A model generated the notes under the pieces. That model was given only the letters and a program-made list of their open reading frames with translations, was not told where the DNA came from and made no database searches. From Octopus vulgaris (lineage: Eukaryota): a stretch of 64,000 bases of DNA. The translations under genes were made by a program, and so were the position numbers. The stretch spans positions 151,280,001-151,344,000 of the forward strand of contig OX597816.1 of NCBI GenBank assembly GCA_951406725.2, in the 5' to 3' direction. Below are positions 50,705 to 64,000 of the stretch, piece by piece (within the stretch, counting starts at the first letter, position 1; every line of letters begins with the position of its first letter).

Positions 50705-52749
50705 CAAACGCTACATAGAAGTATTTGAAGATAATAACCCAGTGTATGTAATGAACAGAGTCATTTAAAAACAGCTGAACTTCCCATTCTTGCATTTCTG
50801 CTGTGTGACTTGTTGATTTCAGATGTTTCTGAGATGTAGTTTTGTTGCGGTCAGTATTATAAATTTCCTGTACAATGAGATTTTTGGTGATAACTTCTGT
50901 TTGGAAATTCTTTTCTTTTTTTTATGTTCTGAGAGAACTGTACAAGAAGAATGTTTTTCCTAGAGTTAACTGTAATATCTCATATATGATGGTATGTATA
51001 TGTTATGCTACCAAGAAAATTGAGTACCGGTTCAGAGTAACTTTGTGCGTTGTTATTACTCAGTCATTTGAGTGCAAATTTTATAAAGCAATACACTACA
51101 GTTTTTGCTGAGAAAGCATAGAATTGTTCATTATGTATCATTAAAAACTATGACACCTGTCTTTCCATACCATCTTCAAATGATCTCTTTCTGTACCATC
51201 TTCAAAAGATCTCTTCAGAATGTGTTTAACAGCATTATTCATTAGGAGTGAAGAACAAATACTGAGAAAATAAATCAACAAAACCAATGATGATTTACCA
51301 TAATTGCTGGGGAACTCTCCCCACTTCCCCCACAAAAAGCAATAACATGAACTGAAAGGAAAATGGAATAAAGGTGTAAATTCTTATGCCAGATTGCCTG
51401 AAAAGCAATTTTTCATAACATTTATTTTCCACTGTGATAGACAATGTTGATAAAACATATTTCTAAAATGATATAGTTTGCTTTGAATTTGTGTGAAGGC
51501 ATCAACATTTCAAAATACATTTATATTTTATATCTCCGGTGACACCACTGTCTTTGCTTATCATTAGACACATGAATCACTTCCTAAAAACGTTTCATTC
51601 AATGTTTCAGAAATTGGCAGTATTTAAAACTAAGATACTTGCATTCATTTGTTACATTTTACAAAAAAAGTTATCACGAGATCTGTAGTGTCACAAGATT
51701 TCCAACATTCATCGCCAATATTCAAATTTCAAACTGCAAATTTTGCTCATATTTATTTGGGTGGGAAATTATTGACTAGGAAAGTCAAAATCGTAAAACA
51801 AGGGATGTAACTCTAACATAGCTTTCTTTTTAGATCGCTGTCCAGTACGACGACTGACTACAATTAGATTTCTCCATTTTACATGACAGCTAAAATTGTG
51901 TCTATTTTATCTATTCTATTTAACATATTTTTAAAGAACCGCGAAGTTTTATTTGTGAAACAGTTTACGATTTTGTTGTATCTGTAGAAATTAAATTAAA
52001 ACAAAATTGTGGGTAATGTTTATTTGTTGTTATGGATTTATTAGAATTTAACTTCTGAAGATAAAACTCTATTTTTAGTTGTGTATTTAATTATTCCCGT
52101 TTTATTTCTAGACTTTTTTTCCTTTTTAATTATATATGCTCATTTATCGTTCTGCAAAACAATTCAATATCTTCCAGCTACTACAATTTTCTTTGCTCTA
52201 TTCATCATAATAATCTTTGTCATTATTATTTATGTAATTAATATTTGAGAAAGATATGAATTCCACTAATTACATTCCCCTTCTCTTCTGTAAATATGAA
52301 GCTGTGTTAAATAAGGAATCGATATTGATTTAAAATAGTAGATATATATATATGTGACAGATTGTAATACAAAATTCAATGTTTCATTGATCTTGAAGGT
52401 TTCTATGGCATGGCAGTCATGCCCAAACAATTATTAAGTTTGTTTTGTCATTGGTGATAAGTAACAATATTCTTATTGAACTTGTTGATGTAGCTGTAAA
52501 TAGATATCAGCCGTTGCACACTGCAAAAACCTCTACACAAGTATTTCACTAGCTAAAAGTGGTGTTAAGTTCAAAGTCTTACAGTCTAGACAAAGATTTT
52601 TTGCAAAATTTTCTAAATCAAGTGGCATAAGCATGAGTTGAAACTACTCATACTATCTTCATTAAAATAAAAGTAAGGACCAACCATATAACAATTATGA
52701 ATAAACTATCAATTGACTCTATTTTGCTTCATTTATTATAAATTCTGTG

Positions 52750-53012
52750 GTGGAGGCACATAGCCTAGTTGTTAGAGCAGCAGACTCACGGACAAGGGAT
52801 CATGGGTTCGAATCTCAGGCAATATGTGTTTTTATGAGTGAAACACCTAAGCTCCACACAGCTCTGGCAGAAGATAATGGCAAACTTCTGCTGACTCTTT
52901 CGCCACAACTTTCTCTCACTCTTTGCTCCTGCATCTAGCAGCTCACCTGTGATGGACTGGTGTTCTGTCCAGGTGGGGAGCCAGGCATGGCTTGAGAAGG
53001 AACAAACAACAA
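52750..53012 (+). mobile_element. tRNA-derived SINE (different family)
   Basis: A-box-like TAGCCTAGTTGTTAGAGC, B-box GGTTCGAATCTC and (AAC)n tail. Confidence 0.65.
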
Positions 53013-54745
53013 CATTATAAATTCAGTGGTTTGAAAATTTGGGGGGATCACTACTCTTCATTTAATTAACTCCTCTCTAGTAACCATTACACTGTCCTCC
53101 ATATATGAAAAATCTATATGATAATACAAGAATATTCAAAACGGTTATAATTAACAGTAATTTAACATCTTCAAATTACTGACCGTACTCATGAAGTCCA
53201 TTAACCAGTAAAAGAATAAAATAACATGTTAATCAATATAATTGTTTTCAGACTATATTGCACTGCACATTAGCATCATATAGTCTGTTTTTCACTCTTG
53301 AAAAAATTCCTTTCTTACCAACAATGTTAACAGCTTCCTGAACTTCCTCCAACATGTTCTTACTCTGGTTGCTGTACTTTTTAAAATATCAAACTCCACT
53401 GCTGATTAGTTCACCTAGCTATCGACTACTTTCAGTCATTCTGTGTGCTTTTAGTATTTATTGCTCCTGTGCAATGTCTGTCTCCTCTGTTAACTTTTCT
53501 GCTAATCTACTACACATTTGCATTCGTAATTTACAATAGGGACACAATATAGAATTTTTGCCTATGCCGTTTTTGTATACTACTGATGGTAGTAGGGTTT
53601 TATTTTCCTTTCTATTAACTATTACTTTAGTCTTTATTGTTTACTTTAAGGCTTTTTGATTCTAGGTTTTACTTCTATGTAATATACATTATTTGTGTCA
53701 GTTTATACAGGAATCCTAATTCTAATGCTGGAATTCAGCATATTTTATCCACATTCTTACAGCATGATGATTATGAATATTGAAATTCTATGTTTAAAAT
53801 AAATATCCTGAGTTCACAGGTAGCCAAATATGCCTAGATTTATGCTTGTGTAGAACTAAGTCACCTGGGTTGACCAAAATATTTCTTGAAACTGTACACA
53901 AAGATGATATTAATAATCTGGAAAAACAAACTATTTTTTATGTTACATCAAAAACTTAGATTAGGCACCATCAGGCACATTTTACTTCAAATGTAATATT
54001 TTGATTGCAGCGTGTGGTTACTTGACCTGCTAGAAATAGCATTCAAGTTTCCAATTAAACACTTCTGGGTTTCTTTTATCTTTTTTTGTCTGTGTCTGGA
54101 AGAAAGGGTGGAGCTTTGTAGGCCTTCAAAAGCCAATGAGATTACTATTAATGTTTTGTTTAAACTGTTACCTGTTGCCGCCAATATCTGCAAGAAAAGG
54201 ATTCCAGAAGGATGACATTCTCATGTGGAAGGACTGGGCCTGGAAGTGATGGGAAGCAGAGAGACAAACAAGTTAGGAATACTTGATTGGAGGTGGTATG
54301 AAAATAGTCAATTTTAAGGAACTGATGCCAATATAGTATCAGCAAAAAAGAGGAAGTCATGCAAGTTTAAGGCTGGAGTGTGTCTGAGTAATTTTATGCC
54401 AAGCAATGTCATGGTCTTTCCCTGAATGCAATCTAGGATGTTTGTTTGCAACAACACTGTCTAGGTGTGGAAGCAATATTCCATTAGGAGAGCTTCACCT
54501 GAGCTTTATAGAGTGTCTGTAATTGTTGGAGGACTGAAGTATTTTCTGGCCCTCCTGAATAGAGGAAATATGGGACACTTTGGGTGTTGTAATCATGATA
54601 TGCAATACTTGACATAATGACAGAGGGGTCAAGATGGGAATGCTTTTGATCATATGTCTATCAGTGTTAACCTGGGGATAAACAAGGACTATAATTTAGT
54701 CCTAATTAATTTAACAAAATTTATTTATTCTTGTAACAATCATAA

Positions 54746-54953
54746 TTACGAAGTTTGAATGGCATTTGGCAGCAACAGTACATTTATCAACAATTTTGCA
54801 TTCTGTACATTCTCATTTTGGTGGTCTTTTCTTCCTCCATTGAGACCACCTGATGGAGTCACAGGGGCATCACCATAACATAAGGCATGTCGTAAGCATA
54901 TTAATTCTAGTGGAGCCCATCCATTTTCAGGTCGAAACACAACTGATTTCTTC
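54746..54953 (-). CDS. Candidate terminal coding exon of an unidentified minus-strand gene
   Basis: Minus-strand acceptor ttgactctcctcgtctttctctcag|G, then KKSVVFRPENGWAPLELICLRHALCYG...QTS*, with AATAAA about 16 nt after the stop. No family recognised. Confidence 0.3.
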
Positions 54954-55404
54954 CTGAGAGAAAGACGAGGAGAGTCAACCCTGTGACTGGTAATACATTT
55001 CTTGAGCTGGATGAGAGCCAAAGTTCACCTTGGTGAGATTTGAACTCAGCAACCTGGTATGACTAGCGCAAACCATTTTATCCATTACTCAAAGGATTCT
55101 ATCACTCAGCACCTCTATTTTGATGTGTATATAATGTAATTCAGTGCAATATGTCCCTTATTAATAACCCTCTTCTTATGTGGCCTTCTCTTGATGGTTA
55201 CAAACAGATATAAAAAAATTCTGCTATACTTTTGTTGACTTCAATAAATTTTCTTGAATTTCAAAGTTTGCTTTATCAAAACATTAGAATACATTCAATT
55301 CATATATTTACTTGATACATATTCCATTGATTAACACAAGAGATGCAGCTGCTTCAGTCAATAGGATAATTGACTACTGTTTGAAGGATGCAGTCATTAA
55401 GCTT

Positions 55405-55848
55405 CCGCTGCCTAGGCAACCAAGTCTGTAGTGGGGGTGGTTGTTCTGAGAGTGTAGCGGCTAGAATAAGATAGCCTGAGCAAAGTTCAAGGGGCTCCTA
55501 CCTCTGCTGGCAACTAAGTGCCTCTTGCTCAGGTTGAAATGTAACCTATATGATGCATGTGTGTGAACTGCCATGCTACATGGCAGTGAAACATGGGCCA
55601 TGACTGCTGAGGACATGCGTAGGCTTGAAAGAAATGAAGCTAGTATGATCCACTGGATGTGTAATGTCAGTGTGCATACATGACAGTGTAAGTGCCCTGA
55701 GAGAAAAGTTGGGTATAAGAAGCATCAAATGTGGTGTGCAGAGAGACAACCGTGCTGGTATGGTCATGTGTTACATATGGATGACAGCTGTGTGAGGAAG
55801 TGCCACTCTCTAACTGTGGAAGGAACCAGTGGAAGCGGTAAACCCAAT
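55405..55848 (+). mobile_element. RTE LINE fragment (C-terminal part of RT)
   Basis: ARIRIA*AKF..AMLHGSETWAMT..ERNEASM..WYGHV; homologous to 31310-31765. Confidence 0.88.
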
Positions 55849-56027
55849 ATTAATTTTTAAATCTTATGGAAGAATAGCTTATTGAGAATTCGGCTATGCA
55901 AAGGTGATTTCATCATAATGAATTCTTCAGTTATGTTGCAACAGCCTAGTCAGTTGTGGTGTCACCAGCATCTGATCAACAATAATTTTTAAATTACCTT
56001 CTCTATTTCAATATAGAGCATCCTGTA

Positions 56028-56242
56028 AATCAGTGAGCTGGCAGAAACATTAGCAAACCGGGCGAACTGCTTAGTGGTATTTCGTTTGTCTTTACACTCT
56101 GAGTTCAAATTCCGCTGAGGTCGACTTTGCCTTTCATCCTTTTGGAGTCGATAAATTAAGTACCAGTTGCATACTGGGGTCGATTTAATTGACTGGCCGC
56201 CTCCCCAAAAATTTTGGGCCTTGTGCCTAGAGTAGAAACGAG
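56028..56242 (+). mobile_element. Young tRNA-derived SINE with 16-bp target-site duplication
   Basis: B-box GAGTTCAAATTCC, central GTCGACTTTGCCTTTCATCC..GTCGATAAATTAAGTACCAG; TSD TATAGAGCATCCTGTA at 56012-56027 and 56243-56258. Confidence 0.88.
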
Positions 56243-56747
56243 TATAGAGCATCCTGTATTTTCTTTTAAAAATCTAAAAAGTATATTTTTTTACATCAGT
56301 TTAATATTAAATGCTTTTTCCAACAAATTTAAAATGAAAAAAAATTACTTATAAGTACTCTCTAGGGGAAGGGAATGAACAGTAAAAGTCTATACTATAT
56401 TAAAATCCCTTTTCAGAATAAAATAATTTGACTCCTTAAAATAGTTGTATTCTTTTAAGCACCATCCAAGAATTTTATTATCCTACATATGTAGATCAAA
56501 CTCTTAGGAGATTATGACTGAGAACTCTGTTCACATTATGTGCACAGTGATGTACTTGTGTGAATCTGTAAGCAGCTCTCTTTTGTTAAGACCAAATCTA
56601 AGAAATCCAGTCAGAATTGTGGTCACAATCAACAAGAAAGTTCTGTTTTGATGAAGTCATAAATGAGAAGCACAAACATCTTTGTTTTCATTTCAACTTA
56701 ATTGTCAAAAGTAATTTTTTGTTTTAGTTCAATTTGTTTATAGTATA

Positions 56748-57111
56748 CTAGCAGTATCGCCCGGCGTTGCTCGGGTTTGTAAGGGAAATAACTATAAAGC
56801 ATTTTTAGAGAGTTATAGCAAAAAAATGGAAAAAAAATTTTGGTAAATTTATTTTTGAGAGTTAAAAAGGTGGAGTTGCGTCCCCTAGACAGTCTGTGGT
56901 TTGTGTTTCTGATTCTCGACCCCATGTCGAATTTATCGATTTTTTTCAGAACTGGGGGAACTTTTCAAAATTTTCGCTGCGTTAGTTTTGAATTATGACA
57001 TTGGGCTATGTGTGTGTCAAGTTTCATCAGAATCGGTTGAAAGCCGTGGTCAGGGTGAGGGTACAACCTAACAGACACACAGACAAACTGCCGTTTATAT
57101 ATAGAGAGAGA
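56748..57111 (-). mobile_element. Non-autonomous Helitron
   Basis: On the minus strand: 5' TC, 3' hairpin CCCGAGCAACGCCGGG, then CTAG; inserted between A and T with no TSD. Confidence 0.82.
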
Positions 57112-57141
57112 TGTTGTTCAAGTAAAAAAAAAAAAAAAAAG

Positions 57142-60080
57142 GGTTAATCTCTAGTCACACCAGTTACAAAAATGAAAGAAATAGTGTAAAACAATGTGTA
57201 GTAAATGAATATGAAAAAAATGCACGCTGATCAATGAGAAGACTTGGAAAATTTCCCTGTAAATTCTCCGTCCTCTCCCCACCCCACCCCGTTCATTGGC
57301 ACAATTTTTTTTTAATCATATTCGTTTACTACACATTATTTTACACCTGTTACCCTATTTTTTTTCTTCATTTTTGAGACTGAGAAGTGGACGATCTAGT
57401 AACCTAACTTTGACACCCAGCCACCAGAAAAAAAAACAAAAAAACAAGTGTAATAGGTGTAAAATGTGTACTAAATGAATATCAGAAAATCAAAAAAAAA
57501 ATGTGTGTAATAGGTGTAAAATAACTTCCTATGAACGAATATGAAAAAAAAAATTCGCGCACGCGAAAGGGGGGTGGGGGAGAGGCCTCGGAAAATTCCG
57601 AAAGCGTCTGAGGGGCTGACCCGGGCACCAAAACAAAAAAAAAATAGTGTAATATGTGTAAAACAACTTGCTCTAAACGAATATGAAAAAAAAATGCGCT
57701 CTCGAGAAAGAGGGGTGGGGGAGAGGCCTCGGAATATTTATATCGGGAATTTCCGAAAGCGTCTGAACCGGGCACAAAAACAAAAACAAAAACAGCGTAA
57801 TAGGTGTAAAACAACTTGCTCTAAACGACTATCATGAAAAAAATGCGCGCTCGCGAAAGGGGGGTGGGGGAGAGGCTTCGGAAATTTCACATCTTCAGTC
57901 CACGGCCTTTAAACTAAGAAAAAATAGTGTAATTGGTGTAAAACTACTTGTTCTAAACGAGTATCAAGAACACACACTCACACATGAATCATAAACTCCG
58001 TATTTCGCAAAAAAAAAAATAAAGAGAAGAAATTCTGGAAAAAGTGAAGAAATGTTGGATCTCATTCCTTGGTTAAAGCTATTTTAAACATTAAATTTAT
58101 GCTTTTCTTTGAAATAGTTCAGATATATGCAATTCTTCTCACTTATTAAGATGCATTTATCAGAAAAAAAGAGACAGAAAAAATTATTATTTTGTGTCAA
58201 TCCTTCCCTAATTATCCTTTATTAATTAGTTTTGGCGTGTATTTTTTTCCCAAATTTATTTTTTCACCTTTACAACACTGTTTAGTAAAGCAATTAATTA
58301 TCTTTATAATTTGCATATTTGACTTATTAATCAAAATTCTCTAGATGTAATATATACTAAGTAATGCATCCTTCATTTATGTGTTCCGTTCTGTATTATG
58401 CATGCGTGACTGTTTGTATGTAAGTGTGTTTAACTGTGCACATGAATGTGAATATTAAAGACCATATTTATTTACAATGATTGTTATTTTCAGAACAAAT
58501 AAATCTTTTGGCTGTTATGTTATTGATGTTATTATTATTGCTAGTTAAAGGGTGGTGACTTGGCTGAATATTTTGAGTCTTGTAGTATGTAGTTGTGTTA
58601 GTCAATATTCTGAGTTCAAATCCAACTCATTTCTTTATCATCATTATCGATGGACCACTCAAAGAGGTATGTATACATTATCATTTTCGTAACATAATTT
58701 CTGTAGTATTTCAAGATGTTTCTGACACGTATTTTGATTCACATGGCGGAGATCCAACATTTCTTCACTTTCTCCAGAATTTCTTCTCTTTATTATTTTT
58801 TTTTTTGCGAAATACGGAGTTTATGATTCATGTGTGAGTGTGTGTTCTTGATACTCGTTTAGAACAAGTAGTTTTACACCAATTACACTATTTTTTCTTA
58901 GTTTAAAGGCCGTGGACTGAAGATGTGAAATTTCCGAAGCCTCTCCCCCACCCCCTTTCGCGAGCGCGCATTTTTTTTCATGATAGTCGTTTAGAGCAAG
59001 TTGTTTTACACCTATTACGCTGTTTTTGTTTTTGTGCCCGGTTCAGACGCTTTCGGAAATTCCCGATATAAATATTCCGAGGCCTCTCCCCCACCCCTCT
59101 TTCTCGAGAGCGCATTTTTTTTTTCATATTCGTTTAGAGCAAGTTGTTTTACACATATTACACTATTTTTTTTTTTGTTTTGGTGCCCGGGTCAGCCCCT
59201 CAGACGCTTTCGGAACTTCCCGATGTGAATTTTCCGAGGCCTCTCCCCCACCCCCCTTTCGCGTGCGCGAATTTTTTTTTTCATATTCGTTCATAGGAAG
59301 TTGTTTTACACCTATTACACACATTTTTTTTTTGATTTTCTGATATTTGTTACGCCCTATATTAACCGGTGTATTCAATTATAGCCTCATCGTAGACTCA
59401 GTGGTCGGCCCTAGGCTATAGTTGAAGACACTTGCCCAAGGTGCCACTGAACCTGGAACCATGTGGTTGGGAAGCAAGCTTCTTATCACACACTCTTTAA
59501 AAGATATCCATTTTCCTGACATTTATGAGGGAAACAATCATGTGCATTTACTTCCTTCATATTTGTTTACTACACATTGTTTTACATCTATTACACTATT
59601 TTTTTCTTTCATTTTTGTGACCAGGTGTTAAAGTTGGGTTTTTGGAACCTGTGAGTTTGATCGTGTGAATTTTCCGAGTTCTCTCCCCACCCACCCCTTC
59701 ATTAGCGCCCATTTGTTTTTTGTTTTTTTCATATTCGTTTAGTACACATTATTTTACACCTATTACACTTGTTTTTTTCTTTTTTGGAGGCCGGATGTCG
59801 AAATCAGGTTACCGGATCGTGTGAATTTTCCGGGTCCTCCAAGACCACAAAAAATGAAAAAAAAGTAGTGTAATAGGTATTGAACAATGTGTAGCAAACA
59901 AATATGAAAAAAAAATTACACCAACGAAAATTCACATCAAGAATTTTCCAAGTCCTCTCCTCACTCCTTGTTCGTCAGCACACATTTTTTTTTTTCATAT
60001 TCGTTTACTACACATTGTTTTGCACCTATTACACTATTTTTTTTCATTTTTGTGACTGGGTGTTAAACTAGAGATTAACC
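57142..60080. mobile_element. Foldback-like element with long, internally repetitive inverted arms
   Basis: Termini GGTTAATCTCTAGT...ACTAGAGATTAACC; 57483-58063 is a near-exact inverse of 58749-59346; ~150-bp subrepeats in the arms; ~685-bp AT-rich spacer. Confidence 0.8.
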
Positions 60081-61356
60081 ATAGAAAAAAGTATATTAGT
60101 ACCTAGAAAATTGACTTTTCCTTACCTGCCAATACAACATAAAAAATTGAAAAATTGTATATATATCTGTTGGTGAAATGAACAAATTTAAATTGTACGA
60201 CAATGAATCACATTGGATAGTAACATTATAGTTTGTAAATCTTGGGTACAGAGGAGCAAATATTACATAGTGGTGGTAAATAACAAATGCTTCAAAACAT
60301 TAGCAGCTAAGTACTGATAGATATCGGGAAAGTTTATAATGGAATGATAGAAATTTTGGTGCTAATGCAGAATCACACCTCTTCTGGAAGAAAAAAAAAA
60401 TAGATTCCTGCATTTTAGATGTCGGAGATTACGAATATGGAATAAAATTTTAAAATTTTGAATGTCTTCCTGGGGATAAAAACAACAGGAACACCATCCC
60501 CTATAGGGCCGTCATATTTAGATGGCAAATATATTTTATGTATAAACGGATAGGGATAAATAGATAGACAAATAAATAAATGGATGGAAAAGTTCAAAAT
60601 TTAAAATTGGGGGAGGGGGTAAAATTTGAGCCCCCTATTAAACTTTATATCATGAATTATTAAACATATTGTTTGTTTCTCATAAAATGGTGTATATTTA
60701 ATTTACATTTAATTAGTTACAATTAAGGCAAACATAAGTAAAACACATTCTTTTCACTTTAATGTTTTTGTCTGTATTTAATTTTGATTTGCATATGTTT
60801 GTCAATTCACTACAATCTCTTTAAAGTAAACAAAATCAAAATTTTAAATTCGGGGGGGAGTGAAATTAAAAAAAAAACACATGAAATATACAAGGACAGC
60901 AAAAGAAAGCCAAGATGACTATCTGTGGTAGTCAACCTACTAATAGTAGCCTATATATATATATATATATATACCCCTCTGGCAAAGAAAAAAGGGGGTG
61001 GGGGAAATTAAAATTGTGAAAACGGGTTTCGTCGTTTAGCTGCTGTTTCTAGCATGTCGTGTTTTCTGTTTTGATACTTTTTGCGTCTGCTATTTTAGTA
61101 GGAGGGGAGGGGTATTTATTTTTTGAAAAATTGTAATTTGACAAAATTTTTTTTTCAGAATCATAATCTCCGTATTTTTCAACGTACTTCTCCCCCCCCC
61201 CCCCCACATTTTTTTAATGTGAAAAATTGGCGGGGGGGTGGGTTACAATTTTGAAATGCCGATTATTTTGGCAGATACGGAATCTCAGCAGTCGAAAAGG
61301 TGGGTTTCTGTAGAAAAAGAAAAACAAAAAAATAAAAATAACCGAAAACTGGATCT

Positions 61357-61760
61357 GGATCTTTTCAGTTTGACCGGCAGTTTTTTAAAATAATTTCCAC
61401 GTAACCAAACACTTATAAACTTCGTATACTGGTAGAATGTGTTTATAAAACATCTTTTTCTCTTGGCTTTATTGAGAAAATTCTATAGCTTGTAAGATAT
61501 TTGTTGTTGTTTTTTCTTCAATTTCAACAAATCAATGACGTCTATTGAGGTGAAAACTTTCTGTGCCGTATGAATATGTCCCTCGTTTAAGAAACAGATT
61601 GGGTTTATTTACATTTCCGAAGAAGAAAAAAATTACCCTTCCCCCACCCCTAACCCTAAAACAGATTGAAATGCAATAGATCGATACTAAGGTCATAATT
61701 ATGGGTGACAATTTCATATGACACCGCTAGAAAAAACTGCCGTTCAAACCGAAAAGATCC
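61357..61760. mobile_element. MITE with GG...CC ends and 8-bp TSD (Merlin-like)
   Basis: TIR GGATCTTTTCAGTTTGACCGGCAGTTTTTT / AAAAAACTGCCGTTCAAACCGAAAAGATCC; flanks ctggatct / ctggttct. Confidence 0.8.
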
Positions 61761-64000
61761 CTGGTTCTGTTTGATAAGGTACAAATCTGGACGAGCATTT
61801 ATTTTATTTTATTACCATGAAAAATAAGCTCAGAAATGCATCAATTCCGATTTCGAAACGTGTTTACTCACGACGAACAGCGTTGAATGGTACTTTCGGA
61901 AAAAGGTCACTTCCTGAGATGTACTTAAACCATGAAGTGAGAACAGAGCTAACGCTGATTTTGGAGTCTCATATTTTATAAACTGGTGAGACGTACGCGT
62001 GAAGTATTTTTGTAAATAAACTTCCTTTAGACTGATGTAAATTTTATGAATAAAGCTGTAAAAGACAAGACCGTGATTGCGTAACTTTTAATTATGCTGG
62101 CTTTACCTCTGCAATTTAACTAGGCGTTGCTCAGAAGGAGTATTCTTTGATGAATGAAAAGTTTTCATATTTCCAATGCGTTAACATCGAAAAAAATTGT
62201 AATTTAATACCGAAAAGTTTTCAACTTCTTCGATGGACGAGATGACTCCCTATGCATATTTTGTTTCCACTTATTCAGATCTGCTATAAATTTATTTAAG
62301 GAATGATACAAATTTTTTCACCAGTTGGAATTAGCAAATAATATTTGAGTTAACGACAAACCACCAGTTGAAGCATAGACTGTTGACGTTTTAAACTTGT
62401 CGCCCGAAATCATCAAATTCACTTATTTAGTTTCTTTTCCTTCTCACTGTTTTTATTTTGTTCGACATTATTTTGTTATAGTGGTAAAAATTAAAAACCA
62501 AAATAAAAGAAAACAATTTGAAGAAATGAAAATGTATCATAAATGAGAATTTAAATTTGATCATTTAGAACGTAGAGCTTGACATAAACTGCCATACAAT
62601 CAATTTGAAATAATTGTTTTCTTATGGAACATTTATTTCATGCAGGGGAAAGGCTTAGCTTAAATAGGTCGACATTTGTATAATATAATCTTCAACCAAA
62701 GTAATTGATCCGAATTTCACCGAAACTTCTACATACTGTATATCATTGTCATTTGTATAGTCTACTGTTTCAATTCATGAGTTCCTCTTATGTTACATTT
62801 TTCACAAAATTCTGCAAAATCTAGTCAAACCAAAAGAAAGCGCGTTCTTTTCAAATAATCAAAAGATTGCCCTTTGAAGTTGCACTTAAACTGGGTAGGA
62901 AACTTTGCTTGATACTGGATTATTGTCTAACTAAACAGCGCTAATACTAATATTTCACAGCCTTTAAGTGAATCGTGATTGTAGAAGTGGACTTGAAAGG
63001 TCAAATGGAAAATTCTCAGCTCTGTATTAATGTATGATCTTATTTATCAATGGTTGGTGACTGTCTATATCATTTCAGTTTTGAGAAAGAAATGTATTTT
63101 GGTGTATAATATAAAACTTTATAGAATGGTAATAAGTGGATATGGCGTTGTTCCTCAATTACCTGAGTATTTTTATGCTGTTTCTGTAGAAACACTTGTT
63201 AATTTAACCATTTCAAAGTTTCTACAAACTAAAATTAACGTATTTCGTAATAAATAAGTTTTAATAAATTTTGTGTGCACACTATTTAGTTTTCTTAACA
63301 TGACACATCGATATATATACACTTGTAGAGTTTGGTCATGTAAATAAGATAGTCACTACATAGTTAACTCCCTTAGTGTACACACTTTAGTTACAACCCA
63401 TTGATGAAATTATTCCTTTGGGATAATAAAACATTAAAAATATACAAATCAAATTTTTATCTCATTCGACAGATTTTTCAAAGTTGTCAGAAAATATAAT
63501 TCGTTTTAAAATAACAATAGAGTAGGTATTTCTAGAAAGAGAAAGAAAATTCATTCCCTACATTACTAGTTGCAATTTTAGCAATACTTACGTACATGCA
63601 AAAATAACATCTACGCTGATCTTCACAATCCACTGCATTCCTATTTACCATACCTAAGCAACGATCAACTAAAGTGTTTTAAAATTTACTCCTGAAAATA
63701 TCAGGTGAGTCATTTTTTAAACAAATAATGATGGCAATTTTGTTTATGGAAACTACTTTTGCTTGGATGAATTTTGTTTTTATTTGTGACAGTATATATC
63801 GATGACATTTGAAAACAACTTTTACTTCTTAAAAGTAGCGAGTTAACTATGATTAAAAAGAAGTATTGTGATTTTTATTGCTATTGTTGTATTTTAAATA
63901 TTAATGAGAGGCATGACAATTAAAGCATTAAAGTTCGTGTGATAAAAAATAGTAATTAATCCGAATTTCACCGAAACCTCTACATACTGTATAGACTACT

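Noticed and set aside
52750-52825. Possible tRNA gene
   Set aside because: A and B boxes are present but the stems are degenerate and a SINE body and tail follow.
57296-59378. Paired similar ORFs on opposite strands
   Set aside because: Products of the inverted repeat; low-complexity Lys/Phe runs from homopolymers.

Overview
AT-rich, repeat-dense eukaryotic genomic DNA. It is most likely from an octopus or other coleoid cephalopod; this is an inference from the RTE LINE, SINE and microsatellite landscape, not proven. An intronless GSKIP gene (-) sits head-to-head with a THAP zinc-finger gene (+). The THAP domain is split by a ~23 kb TE-filled intron (12072-35093), and the same second exon continues into a CG-1-like domain. 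Further downstream a Tigger/pogo CENP-B-type HTH exon splices, with matching phases, through a linker exon into a BTB/POZ domain split over two exons. Both DNA-binding modules end in phase-0 donors that fit the same phase-0 acceptor at 45423. This suggests one locus in which alternative transposon-derived N-terminal DNA-binding domains share a downstream BTB. An intron of this gene holds a ~108-nt inverted copy of part of a coding exon, a candidate ADAR editing-complementary sequence. The rest is mariner, hAT, piggyBac, Merlin-like and Helitron relics and MITEs, RTE LINEs with a PHD-like finger, SINEs, and a ~3 kb foldback-like inverted repeat. All calls were read by eye without any database search.
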